Origin: the human T2T-CHM13v2.0 reference genome, Homo sapiens
Assembly: GCF_009914755.1 (NCBI RefSeq)
Contig: NC_060935.1
Direction: 5' to 3' (one strand)
Length of the DNA: 64,000 nucleotides
This document shows positions 11,016 to 25,310 of the stretch, in pieces. Under the pieces are notes generated by a model, which saw only the letters and a program-made list of their open reading frames with translations, was not told the origin of the DNA and did not search any database. Each line of letters starts with the position of its first letter. The stretch's first letter is position 1. A program made the position numbers and the translations under genes.

Positions 11016-14000
11016 CATGGAAAGGCAATAGACAAGGAAAAAAGCTCTTACATGCAATTTATGTTAAGAAGTATGGCGTTCTTAATCCCAGAGTGTTGTT
11101 AAATCTTGTTCAGTTTAATTGAACAAATAATTGAGATTCTACCGTTTATGCAAGGGACTGCCCTGAAACGTGCAGAGAGGAATGAGGAATAAAAGTAGTT
11201 AGACCAACGTTTACTTGTAAATAACTTCACAATAGGCAGATACAGCTTCGTCTATAAAATAACCCTAACTCACAGGGCTGTTGCGACTGCTTAATGAAGA
11301 AATGTCTGTAAAGCAGATATTAGTAAGAATTCAAGACACAGCAACGTTTTTGTTGTTATATTCGCCTCTCTTTTGTAATAAAACCTACCTGGAAAATTAA
11401 ATCTGGAAGGCAGCTCAGGAACTACAGATATAGGAAGAATTACTTAAGGGAAGTGTCACCAAGCCACGCAGACACTGGCTCATTCTAGATGTCTCTAGAA
11501 GCAGACAGGAATACCTGTCATGGCTAGGTGTCGTCTGCAGCACCAGGTGGGAAACTGACAGGTTTCCTCCTCACTATTCCTTTTTGGTGACCAAGAGCTT
11601 CTTTATAGCTTCACCACGGAGACAAGTGACAGCTTCTTAGGTTATTGTCCCCACCCAAGAGATTGGCTTCTTTTTGGCACTTGCTTCCCGGTGGCATGGA
11701 TTATTTCTGAAAGGCACCTGTAGATTCTTGTCCCTTTCCCCGGGTCTTGCAAGACAGTTTTCTTTGTGGGTCCCTGGTAGCCCACACTGACACTTGGTCA
11801 GTGACACTGTGGCCACTACATGAGTAGTGATGGTGCTGGCCCATCCTGGGCTCTGCACTCTTGGTCTCATGCGTGGGCCGGGCCCCTGTCTGTGTGTCCA
11901 CGGTGCGTGTCCACCCTGACGGCACCTGCTGGCGGCTCGCACCTCAGAGCCTGCGTGGGCCGCGGCTGCACCCGAGTCCTCTGCTTCATCGAAAGAGACT
12001 GACTTGGCAAGCCCAACTTGACAACAAATTAAAAAGAATGCTCGGGCTAGACATGGGGGACTGTTTTATTTCATTCTTTCCTTTGGGGGATGTCTTGTGG
12101 GATTGACTTTCTTAGTGAGAGAGATGAGGAGAGAGGAACATATACTTGCAGGATTTGTGCCAGAGGCGGGGAGGTGGGAGGAGTCTGGGGAAAGGATTAC
12201 AAGAAGGGCCACGAGGAGCAGGGACTGAGGGAGGGGCTCCCGGGTCTGGGGTGGACCCCACCATTGGGGGAAGCAAGCGGAGGGAGAGCCTCGAGGGCAG
12301 CGTCCCATCTGCAGGGGTGCGCGGTTGGGGGCGGTGGGCATCTGGGAAGAGAGGTTGAGGCGCAAGAATCAGCTCAAGGATCCAGGTCCAATCCCCAGTT
12401 CCAGGCCCTGTGAACTATGCCTGACCTCCAGTGACGGTCGCTCCTGCTGGTGCTTTGGCCTCCTTATCTGTAGAGGGAGGTAATAGCAGTACCTGGCTGA
12501 CAGGCTTGCAGAGGGCGTGTAGAGCACCGAGTGCCCGTTGTCCTTGTCACCCAGGTGTGCAGTGCAGGTGAAGGCAGCAGCAGTCAGGGCGCATGGGCAC
12601 GGGAAAGGGGGTCCTCCCAAACCTTATCCCTTCCCGCCTCTCACGTCTTGCCTTACTCAGGCAGCTTCTTAGAAGACAACGTTCCCTCCAGCAAGGTCAC
12701 TTTTCCAACGCCCCTGGCTAGGGAGGCGGCACCTCCTTGAGCATCAGCCACCAATGTCCCCTCGGTGGGGTCCTGGCTCTTTCTGGATTGGATCTTATAC
12801 GCTCTGGACACGCAGGCCCGGCTGGCAGAAAAAAGGGCCTCAGCTGCAGCGGTCACGGGTCACAGCAGATCACCCCTCGCGTGCTGGGCCTCTCCCTGCA
12901 GGGCACAGGCCCCAGCCTCTCAGCTTTCTGCCGGGTTCGAGGCCCGGCCCATCTGGGACGTTCATGTTGGAAATATGAAGTGTGACTTCCCTTGCCTGGG
13001 GACGCCTGAGCCAACCCAGGCTGGGCTTATCTCTTTACTCAACACAGTGTTTGTTTGAGGACAATCAAAGTATGTTCTCTTTCTGCTTTCTTCCAAGGGA
13101 GGAAAGAGCAAAGCCGGCTGCTACCCCGGGGCAGGGGCTGCCTGGCTCAGCGTCAGATCTGCGCTCTCTTTTTAGCCTCTGATCCCGGCCTACGCCTTTC
13201 TTGGGCCAGTCTATGGAATTAAGCATACTCAAGCTCAGGGCTCTGCAGCCGACAGCATCTCTGAACTTAGCTCTGTGGGGAGAGTTCATCCCCACCCTGC
13301 GCCATGACTCCCTCACTCCCCGGTCACAACCCTCCATCTCCAGCACGCTGAAGCCCTTTCTCCACCCCAGACTGCAGCCGCAGGCTCCTTCTGGCTGGGC
13401 CACCTCTTCATCCCACAGTGTCTGCAGCTCCCTCTGCAAAGCTAACTTGCCTGTCTGCAGGCGAGAGGCCTTGGCTTCCCTAGGCCTCTGGTTTCCGCCT
13501 TTCCTCCTGTTCCTGCTCCTTCTCTTTCCTTCTTCCCATTCCAGACCCACCAGTCCCTAGGGCCAGCACCCCATTCTGCCTGCCCAACTCCAGGGAGGGC
13601 CAGAGCCCCTGATCTCCCTCTAGCTCCCACCTCCACTGAGGGTCAAGGTTTCTCGTTGCAGGCATGGAGGGAGCTAAGCCCAGCCACTGGAATGGGAACA
13701 ATCAACTCATTGTTGGAGATGCTTCTGGGGTCATTCAAAATCCACAGGTCACTGGGTGCCCTCAGCCAGGACTGGAGGACAAGGTCTATGTGTGAACTCG
13801 GGAAAGCCACATGGGGCCTCATGGAGTCTCACTGGCAGCCATGAGCAGTCAGTAACCCCTGGCTCGTGCTTCACAGGGCCCAAATCACTTTCCTCAGGAG
13901 CCCGCATGAGAAATGTTTTGAAACATTTTTACGATGACACTCAAAGATGCAAAAGCAGAGAGAAATGAACAACCAAGGCCCAGGCGCTCATCAGCCCACT

Positions 14001-15506
14001 TCCTGCTGTTGTTGTTTCCTCAACATCATGCTCCCTTCCCTGTGTAATACTCTCTTTTTTTAACTTGCAGATAGTTGATGACCTTTTAGATGAATTTATC
14101 ACGTGACCCTCTGCTACAATAAACAGTAAAACTATGCTGTTATGTTTTATCATGGCCTATGCTTTGCCCTCAGGAGTTGTGATCTGTTTTAGTAAAGACC
14201 TCAATTCAATGGCAAAGTATTGTCAGAACAGCCCCGCTTCATGCCAGATTGAAAATAGTTGTTTTAGGCAGGCATTTTCCTACATCTAATCAGCCAACAT
14301 TAAATAATGACGTGACTGGCTAGTTTCTGCAGCTGCTTTGTGCCGGGTGTTGGCTGGGGCCTAGCTCTTTACTGCCAGTCCTTTCTGACCCTCTAGCGGA
14401 AGCAGGGCTCCCCTAGATGAGAAACTCTTCAGCAGCCTCCCTGATTCTGTGGTGATGTAGCAGGGGATGTTGCCCAAAGTGACATTCACTGGCCTTTTTA
14501 AAGGAATGACACCGTAATTCCTTCTGGAAGACGGCTCCGGGGAAGGGTGTGTGTTTTTTGATAACTGGTATAATCTCTTTTTCTAACAATAAGAACTATG
14601 AACACCATCGAGTTTTGCTTTTTGCCTTGGCAACCAGGAAGCTTAGTGCTAAATTTAGGGCTCAACTGAGTGACTGTTTCACCTGCGATTCCAGTTAACT
14701 TATCTCCCCCATTTCCTTTATAATTTCTAATTTCTCCCTGTTATCTTTATGGGCATGGAGGTTTTATTGTACCCACCCTTCACTTTCATTTCTTTAAGCT
14801 TCAGAGTGGGAAATTAAAAGCAAAAGCAAATAGACTACAACTGCACATTCCCTGTGATCCATGTCCATAGAGCCTTGTTCGTGAGAAACCCAAAGGGGTT
14901 AGAGTACTAGCCCAAGATCACACCATCAGTGATGAGAATCAGACCTTAGTTTACACAGTGCATGGACGCTTTATAATCCATGCTTTATACTTTTAAAAGT
15001 CTTCCTCCTATCTCGTCTTAATTTATTCTTGATTTATTCTTTCAACAAATACTCACTTCTCACTTTATTTGTAATATACTAGGCACTGTGGACCAATAAA
15101 GATAAAACACACACTTTTGCCTTTAGGGAATTTACAGTTTAACAGGGAATATCAGAGTGCTCATCTAATTAAAACACAAGATAAAAAGTGTGGGAATGTT
15201 TTAGATAAAATTTATTGAAGTTGAGGGGAGGAAGGAGTTATTTGAAGGTAAGGAATGAGGACAGACTGTGAAGATGGTTGACATTTACACTGATTCTAGG
15301 AGAGGGAAGGATAGACATAGGGATCTTTTATTCTTACTATTGTCCCCATTTTACAGAGGATGAAATCAAGACAGAGGGAGGAAGATTTTCTCTATTCACC
15401 CAGTTGGACATTTTTACTGTTTTAATCATCCCTTCTGCCTGCCCCCACCATCAAAGGCTTTAGGACAAGCGAAGCCTGGAGTATATTTGTTCTTAGGTGA
15501 CAACTA

Positions 15507-16693
15507 CAGTCATGCACCGCGTAACAAGTTTTCAGCGAATGACAGTCCACATGTTCAATGGTGGTCCCATAAGATTGTAAAGGAGCTGACAAGTTCCTAT
15601 TGTCTTGTGACGTAGCCCTCCGAACGTTGCAGTGCAAAGCATTACTCATGTGTTTGTGATGATGCTGGTGTAAACAAACCTACCGCACTGCCAGTCGTAT
15701 AAAAGTCTAGCACATACAATAATGTACGGTAAATAGTGCTTAATAATCATAAGTAATGACGATGTTGCTGGCTTACGAATTTACTATACTATACTTATTA
15801 TCATTAGAGTGTACTCCTTCTACTTATAAAAAAGTGTTTACTGTAAATCAGTGTCAGGCAAGCAGGTCCCTCAGGAGGTATCCAGAAGAAGGCATTGCTG
15901 TCATAGGAGATGACAGCTCCATGCCTGTTACTGTCCCTGAAGACGTGCTGCAGGATGAGCTGTGGGGGTGGAAGACAGTGATATTGATGATCCTAACCCT
16001 GTGTACGCCTAGGCTATTGTGTGTGTTCGTGTCTTAATTTTTAACAAAAAAATTTAAAAAGTAAAAAAGTAATTAATACAAAAAGCTTATAGAATAAGGA
16101 TATAAAGAAAAAATATTTTGGTACAGCTGAACAATGTTTTGGTGTTTTAAGCTAAGTGTTATTACAAAAGAACTGAAAAGTTAATAAAAATAAAGAAGTC
16201 TATAAAGTAAAAAAGTTTTAATAAGCCAAGTTTAATTTTTTGTTGAAGAAAGAAAAATTTAAAAATAAATCCAGTGTAGCCCAAGTGTATAGTGTTTATA
16301 AAGCCTACAGTATATACAGCAATATCCTTGGCCTTCACATTTACTCATTCACTCACTCACCCAGAGTAACTTCCAGTCCTGCAAGCTTCATTCATGGTAA
16401 GTGCTCTATGCAGGTATACCATTAAAAACATCTTTTATACTGTATTTTACTGTACTTTTTCCATGTTTAGATATGTTTAGATACATAAATACTTACCATT
16501 ATGTTACAATTGCCTACAGTGCTGAGCACAGCAACATGCTGTACAGGTTTATAGCCTGGGAGCAATAGGCTTTACCCTATAGCCTAGGTGTGTAGGTTTG
16601 TGTAAGTACACTCTAGGATGTTTGCACAATGATGAAATAACCCAATAACGTATTTCTCAGAATGTATCTTTGTCATTAAGCAACTCATGACTG
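15507..16693 (+). mobile_element. Full-length Tigger3b-type (Golem) non-autonomous TcMar DNA transposon
   Basis: TA|CAGTCATG ... CATGACTG|TA termini; ggtggtcccataagatt motif; ~1.19 kb. Confidence 0.9.
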
Positions 16694-19371
16694 TACTTAA
16701 TTAATGGTATTTAAACTGACAGAGCCCAAGTCTTGGTATTTGGGGCAGTACTATTTTACTCGCAAGGGACAATAATTGTCTTGAGCTAACTTAGGGTAAA
16801 ATGGAGGAAATTCATGGAGGCCACTGAAGGATCTCAGATCATTTAAGGCAGGGTTGAAGAAACAACTGAGGCTTGCCAGCGTTTGGTGTTATCAGCGTTC
16901 TGGATTTTGGTCATTCTAGTAGGTGTGTAGTGGTATCTTATTGTTGTTTTAGTTTGCATTTCTCTGATGACGTATGATGTGAAGCATCTTTTCATATCTT
17001 ATTTTCTATCTGTATATTTTTGGTGGTGAGATGTTCTTTCAGGTCTTTGGCCCATTTTTAATCGAGTTGTGCATTTTTAAAATTGTTGAGTTTTAAGAGT
17101 TCTTTACATATTTTACGTGATAGTCCTTTATCAGATATATCTTCTGCAAATGTTTCTCCCAGTCTGTGGCTTGTCTTCTCATTCTCTCAAGAGTGTATTT
17201 TGTGGAGCAGTTTTGAATTTTAATGAAGTCTAGCTTATCAATTATTTCTTTCATGGATCATGCCCTTGATGTAATATCTAAAATGACATTACCATACCCA
17301 AGCTCATTTAGATTTTCTTTTACATACTTCAAGGAATTTTATGATTTTGCATTTTACCTTTAGGAGTGATCCATTTTGAGTGAATTTTTGTGAAGAGTTT
17401 AAAGTCTGTATCTAGATTCGTTTTTCTTTTCATGTGGATGTCCAGTTGTTCCAGCATCATTTGTTAAAAGGAATGTGTTGGTTCCATTCTACTGCCTTTC
17501 CTCCTTTGTCAAAGATCAGGTGACCATTTTTATGAGGCTCTATTTCTGGGCTCTCTATCCCATTTCATTAATTTTTTTGTCTATTTCCCATCAATATCAC
17601 ACTATTCTGATTACTGGAGATTTATAGCAAGTTTTGGAGTTGGGTAGTGTCAGTCCTCTGACTTTGTTCTCTTTCAATGTTGTGTTGGCTACGCTGGGTC
17701 TCTTGCCTCTCCATATAAACTTTAGAATCAGCCTGTTGATATTCACAAAATAACATGTTGGGTGTTTGATTGGGATTGCGCTGGATCTATAGATCAAGTT
17801 AGGAAGAACTGATGTCTTGACAATATTGGGTCTTCCTATCCATGAATGTGGAATATCTATCTGTTTAGTTTTTCTTTGACTTCCTTCATTAGAGCTTTGT
17901 AGGTCTTTATTTTCACATAGTTCTTGCACATATTTTGTTAGGTTTATACCCAAATATTTCATTATTTTGGGTGCCAGTGTAAATGGCATTGTGTTTTAAA
18001 TTTCAAATTCCACTTGTTCCTTGCTGGTATATAGGAAAGTGGTTGACTTTTGTATATTAACCTCATATCCTACAACCTTGCTTAATCACTTAAGTGGGTT
18101 TTTCTGGTCAACTCTTTTGGATTTTTCTACATAGACAATCATGTTACCTGCGAAAAAAGACAGTTTTATTTCTTCCTTCCTAATCAGTATACATTTTGTT
18201 TCCTTTTTTTGTCTCACTGGATTAGCTATGGCTTCCAGTACAATGTTGAAAATGAGTGGGGAGAGGGGACATTCTTGCCTTGTTCCTGATCTTAGTGGGA
18301 AAGTTTTGGGTTTCTCCTCAATAAGTATGTTGTTATCTGTGGTTTTTTCACTAGCATTTTTTAAAAAGTCAAGCTGAGGAAGTTCCCTTCTATTTCTAGT
18401 TTGCTGAGTCTTTATCATAAATCAGTGTTGGATTTTGTAAAATGCTTTTTCTGTGTCTATTGATGTGATTATGTGATTTTTCATTTTTATCCTGTCAATG
18501 TGACAGATTATGTTGAGTTTCAGATGTTGAACCACCCTTGCCTACTTGGGATGAATCCCACCTGGTGTATATTTCTTTTTATGCATTGTTGGATTTGATT
18601 TGCTAATATTTTGTTGAGAATTTTTGTGTTTGTGTTTATAAGAGATATTGGGCTGTAGTTTTCTTTCTTTTAATATCTTTGTCTTTTTTTGTGTGTTAGT
18701 GTAATGATGGCTTCACAGAATGATTTAGGAATGAATTATTCCCTCTGCTTCTATCTTCTGGAAGAAATTGCAGAGAACTGATATATTTTTTTTCCTTAAA
18801 TGTTTAGACGAATTCACCAGCAAACCCAGGTGGACCTGGTTCTTTCTGTTTTGAAAGGATATTTATTATTAATTCAATTCCTTTAATAAATATAAGTCTA
18901 TTCAAAATGTTAATTTCTTCTGGTATAAATTTTGACAGATTGCATTTTTTAAAGATATTGGTACATTTCATCTAGGTTGGCAAACTTGTGGGCATAAAGT
19001 TGTTCATAGCATTCCTTTGTTATCATTTTAATGTCCAGGTTATCTGTAGTGATATTCCCTTTCTCATTTTTTATATTAGTAACTTGTGTCCTCTCTCTTT
19101 TCTTCTCTTAGTTATCCTAACTGGTGGCTTATTGATTTTATTGATCTTTTTAAAAACCCAGCTTTTGGTTTTGTTGATTTTTTAAAATTGATTTTATGCA
19201 TTCAATTCCATGTATTTCTATTCTAATTTTTTAATTATTTGTTTTCTTCTGCTTACTTTGGATTTAATTTGGTCTTCCTTTCCCAGTTTCCTAAGGTGAT
19301 ATCTTAGATTATTTATTTTTATATCTTTTTCTTTTCAAATATATGCATTCAATGCTATAAATTTTCATCTA

Positions 19372-19740
<369 letters not shown>

Positions 19741-20467
19741 CTATTTTGGGATTTTTCAACTATCATTTTGTTACTGATTTTTCGTTTAATTTCATTGCAG
19801 ACTGAAAGCATACAGTGTATGATTTCATTTTTAAATTTGTTAAACGTTGTTTACAGCCCAGAATTTGATCTATCTTGGTGAATGCTCTTCTAAGTTTGAG
19901 AAGAGTGTGTATTTTGCTGTTGTTTAACGAAGTAGTCCATAGATGTCAATAAATGTCATAGATGTCCAGTCGATTGATGGTGCTGTTGAGTTCAACTATA
20001 GCCTTAGCCTTATTGATTTTCTGTCTTCTGTATGTGTCCATTTCTGATACAAGGATGTTGAGGTTTCCAACTGTAATGGTGGATTTGCCTGTTTCTCCTT
20101 GTGGTCTATCAGATTTTGCTTCATGTATTTTGACACTCTATTATTACATACATACATATTAAAGACTGTTATGTCTTCTTGGAGAATTGATCCCTTTACA
20201 TTATGTAATGCCCCTCTTTAGCCCCCATAACCTTCTTTACTCTGAAGTCTGCTCTGCTTGAAATTAATATAGCCCCTCTTGCTTTCTTTTGATTAGTGTT
20301 AATATGATATATCTTTCTCAATCCTTTTACTTTTAATGTATATGTGTCCTTATATTTAAAGCGGGTTTCTTATAGACAACATATAGTTATGTATTGTTTC
20401 TTCATCCACTTTGACAATCTCCAATCTTTGCCTTTTAATTGGTATATTTAGGCCATTGATGTTTTAA

Positions 20468-20784
<317 letters not shown>

Positions 20785-22349
20785 CTTAAGTAATTATTGA
20801 TGTACTTGGGTTAATACCTACTGTATTTGCTACTATTTTCTATTTATTGCCCTTGTTCTTTGATCCTATTTTTGCCTTCCACTCTGTCTTTTGTGGTTTT
20901 AATTGAGCGTTTCATATAATTCCATTTACTCTCATTTCTTAGCATAAAGTTATGCTTAAATTTTTTTTTAGTGGTGACCTTAGAGTTTGTAATATACATC
21001 TACAACTAATCCAAGTCCACTTTCAAATAACACCATACTACTTCACAGGTAGGACAAGTACCTTGTAATAAGAAAAATTATTTCCTCTTATTTATTGTAT
21101 CATTCCTGTTATTCATTTCACTTATAAATAAACATATATTATAAATGTAACATATAATATATATTAAAATGTACACACATAAGCATACATAATCAAATAT
21201 ATTGTTGCTATTATCGTTTGGAACAAATGGTTATCTGTAAGACCAATAAGAATAAGAAAAATGAAAGTTTTTACTTTACCTTCACCTATTTGTCCTGTGA
21301 TGATTTTCCTTTCTTTATGTAAATCTGAGTTTCTGACCTATATAATTTCCTTCTTTCTGAAAAAAATTAAATTTTTTTTTTTTTTTGCAGGGGAGGTCTA
21401 CTGACAGCAAATTCTTTCAATTTTTGTTTGTTTGAGAAAGTGTATATTTTTCCTCCACTATTGAAAGATAATTTCACAGAGTACAGAATTCTAGGTTGGT
21501 GTTTTTTTTCTCTCAACACTTGAAATATTTCAGTACATCCTATTCTGAGGAGTTTCTGAGGAGAACTCAGATATAATTCTTATCTTTGCTTCTCTACATA
21601 GGTAAGGTGTTTTTCTCTCTGGTTTCTTTCAAGATTTTGTCCTTATCTTTGATTTTCTGCAGTTTGGATATGACATGCCTAGGCGTAGTTTTTGTCATTT
21701 ATCCTGATGGTATTCTCTGAGCTTCCTAGATCTGGGTTTTGGTGTCATTAACTTAGGGGTAATTCTAAGTCATTATCACTTCAAATATTTCATCTATTCT
21801 TTCCTTTTCTTCATTCTCTTTCTGGTGTTCTATCCCACATACGTTATACCTTTTGTAGTCCCACAGTTCTTGGATATTCTGTAGTGTTTTGCTTTTCAGT
21901 CTTTTTTCTCTTTGCTTTTCTGTTTTGGAAATTTGTATTGAGATATCCTCAAGCTCAGAGATTCTTTCTTCACTGTTTCTAGTCTACTAACGAGCTCATC
22001 AAAGGTATTCTTCCCTTCTGTTATGGCATTTTTGATTTTTAGCATTTTTGATTCTTTCTTAGAATTTCTGTCTCTCTGCTTATACTACCCATCTGTTCTG
22101 ACATACTATTTACTTTATCCATGAGAGTCTTTAGTGTATGAGGAGACTTTTAAAAGTTTGGTGAAATGGAATTAAAAAACAAAAATAAAATATAGACTTT
22201 ATTTCTCAATATTGATCAAGTTCAAGACACTTTTGTAACTAATGATACTAGCGATTTAGTCCATCCCTAAAGAACTGAGCATCCTGAGAATTTAACCACA
22301 TCAGTGCAGTCTTTTTTACATTAACTGAAGAAAAATGGGTGCCTTTTAA

Positions 22350-22622
<273 letters not shown>

Positions 22623-22776
22623 GTTCAGAACGGTAAGATGGATACCTAATAATTTTCCATTGAAACTCTCACAAAGTTTCCCTTGTCTGATGAGAGGAAT
22701 GAGCAGGAGTTTTGCTGTGGTGGAGAAAGACTCTCTGCTGAAGCTTTCCTGGGCCTTTTTCAACTTAAAGCTTTGG

Positions 22777-22986
22777 CTAACTAAAAATACTCTCATAATA
22801 AGCAGATCTTATTGTTCTTTGGCCAAAGAGAAAGTCAACAAGAAAAATGCCTTGAGCATCCTCAAAAATAGTTGCCATGACTTTTGCCCTTAACTGGTCT
22901 GCTTTTGCTTTGACTGGAGCACTTCCACCTCTTGGTAGCCATTGGTTTGATTGTGTTTTGTCTTCAGGATCATACTGGTAAACCAT
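22777..22986 (-). pseudogene. Hsmar2 transposase fragment (D,D34D domain region)
   Basis: YQYDPEDKTQSNQWLPRGGSAPVKAKAD..AKVMATIFEDAQGIFLVDFL.GQRTIRSAYYES matches Hsmar2 transposase; surrounding frame is disrupted. Confidence 0.9.
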
Positions 22987-23026
22987 GTTTCATGTCCTGT
23001 TACAATCGTTTGAAGAAATGTTTTAG

Positions 23027-23335
<309 letters not shown>

Positions 23336-23944
23336 CTGGGATCTTAATCCCACTTGTTTAAAAATTCCACTGAAAGCTCTGCTCTTGTCTGCAGCTGATC
23401 TGGGTGCAATGGTTTTGTCACCTGTTGAGTGGAATGTTTGCTCAACCTTAATTTTTCAGTCAGAATTATGTAGGCTGAATCAATTGAGATGTCTGTGGTA
23501 TTGACTATTATTTGTACTGTTAATTGTCAGTCTTCAATTAGGGCACAAACAAGATACATTTTATTCCTTACAAATTATGTGAATGCTTTGCTACTGTGGG
23601 CTTCATCTTCAACATCATCTCCTTCTTTATCAAGTTATCCATTTGTAAACTGCTGATGTATTTGAAGAGTTGTCCCTACAAACTTTTTATAAAGTGTCAA
23701 TTATTTCATCATTTTTTCACCTAAACTCCACTGTAAATGTGATGTTTGTCCTTGCTTCAATTTTAGTAGAATTCATGTTGATGTGATAGGGGCTCTTTTC
23801 AAACTTATGTCTTACCCTTTTTAGTGCCTCAAACTAGGTCCTGTTCAGACATGTTATTACAAATTAGTACGAGTTTATTTTGGTGCAGACAAATTTGAAA
23901 TTCATTCATGATTTTTTCTTAATGTGTATTTTTCATGAACTTTT

Positions 23945-24247
23945 TTTTTTTTAAATGAGGTCTCACTCTGTTGCCCAGGTTGGAGTGCAGTGACAAGATC
24001 TTGGCTCACTGCATCCTCTGCCTCCCAGGCTCAATTGATCCTCCCACCTCAGCTCTCCATCCCTGAGTAGCTGGGACTACAGGTGCATGTCACCATGCCC
24101 AGCTAATTTTCTTGTATTTTTTTTTTTTTGTAGAGATAGGGTTTCACCATGTTGCCCAGACTGGTCTCAAATTCCTGGCTCAAATGATCCACCCACTTCA
24201 GCCTCTCAAAGTGCTGGAATTACAGGCATGAGCCACCATGCCCAGAC
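23945..24247 (-). mobile_element. AluJ-like, inserted in the Hsmar2 TIR
   Basis: Reverse dimer; TSD TTCATGAACTTTT. Confidence 0.9.
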
Positions 24248-24871
24248 TTCATGAACTTTTGGAAGCCCCTTCATATTAATCATGGTTGTTTCCAATTCCT
24301 GGTCTGATAATTCCATCATCCCTGCCATAATCTAAATCTGTTCTGATGCTTCCTCTGTCTCTTCAAACTATCTTTATTGTCTTTTAGTATGCCTTGTAAT
24401 TTTTTCTGGATAGTCAGACATGATGTACTGGGTAAAAGAAAGTGCAGTAAAGAGGCCTTTATTAATGTGGTGGTAAGGTGTGGGGACAAGGGGGGTGTCC
24501 TATAGTGCTGTGATTAGATCTCAGTCTATTAACATTGGGCTATTAACTTTACCAGTGCTTCTCAAGTCTTTTTTTTTTTCAACCCCCTTAGGTTGTACAT
24601 GATGGTTAGGGGTGTCTGGAACTGGGTATTTGCTTTGCCCAGGTCAGTTAGACTAGGGAAAAACATTCATAATTTAGGTTCTGGTAAAATAATTTGCTTT
24701 TGAAGGAAGGCCTTGCTAAGAAGAACAGAGAGCCCCCCCAACGACCTTAATCAAGGCTGGGACCTCTCGTATTACATCTACCCAGGTGGGTATTATATCT
24801 ACCCACCTGCTTTAGCTACAAATTTCAAGATGTTTCATTTCTCCCTTCCTCTCCTGGAAGCAGAAGGGGAT

Positions 24872-25310
24872 TTTTTTGGTTTGTTTTTTGAAACAGGGTC
24901 TTACTATGTCACACAGGTTGGAGTACAGTGGCACAATCATGGCTTACTGCTGCCTTGATTTCCCAGGTTCAAGAAATCCTCCCACCTCAGCTTCCTGAGT
25001 AACTGGGACTGCAGGTGCACAGTACAGCTAATTAATTTTTTTTTTTTTTTTGTAGAGACACAGGGTCTCACTATGTTGCCCAGGCTGATCTCAAACTGCT
25101 GGACTTAAGCAATCCTCCCCTCAGCCTCCTAAGTAACTGGGACCACAGGTGCATGCCACCATGCCAAGCTAATTTTATTTATTTATTTATTTTTAGAGAT
25201 TTGATCTTGCTATGTTGCCCAGACTAGACTTGAACCTGTGGGCTCAAGCAGTCCTCCCCCTTGTCCTCTCAAAGTGTTGGGATTACAGGTGTGAACCACT
25301 GCTCCTGGCC
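24872..25310 (-). mobile_element. Three-armed AluJ/FLAM composite
   Basis: Three consecutive reverse Alu monomers separated by T-rich linkers at ~25035 and ~25172. Confidence 0.8.

Noticed and set aside
11605-11630. Partial REST/NRSE-like motif (CACCACGGA)
   Set aside because: Only 9 central bases match; both flanks diverge from the consensus
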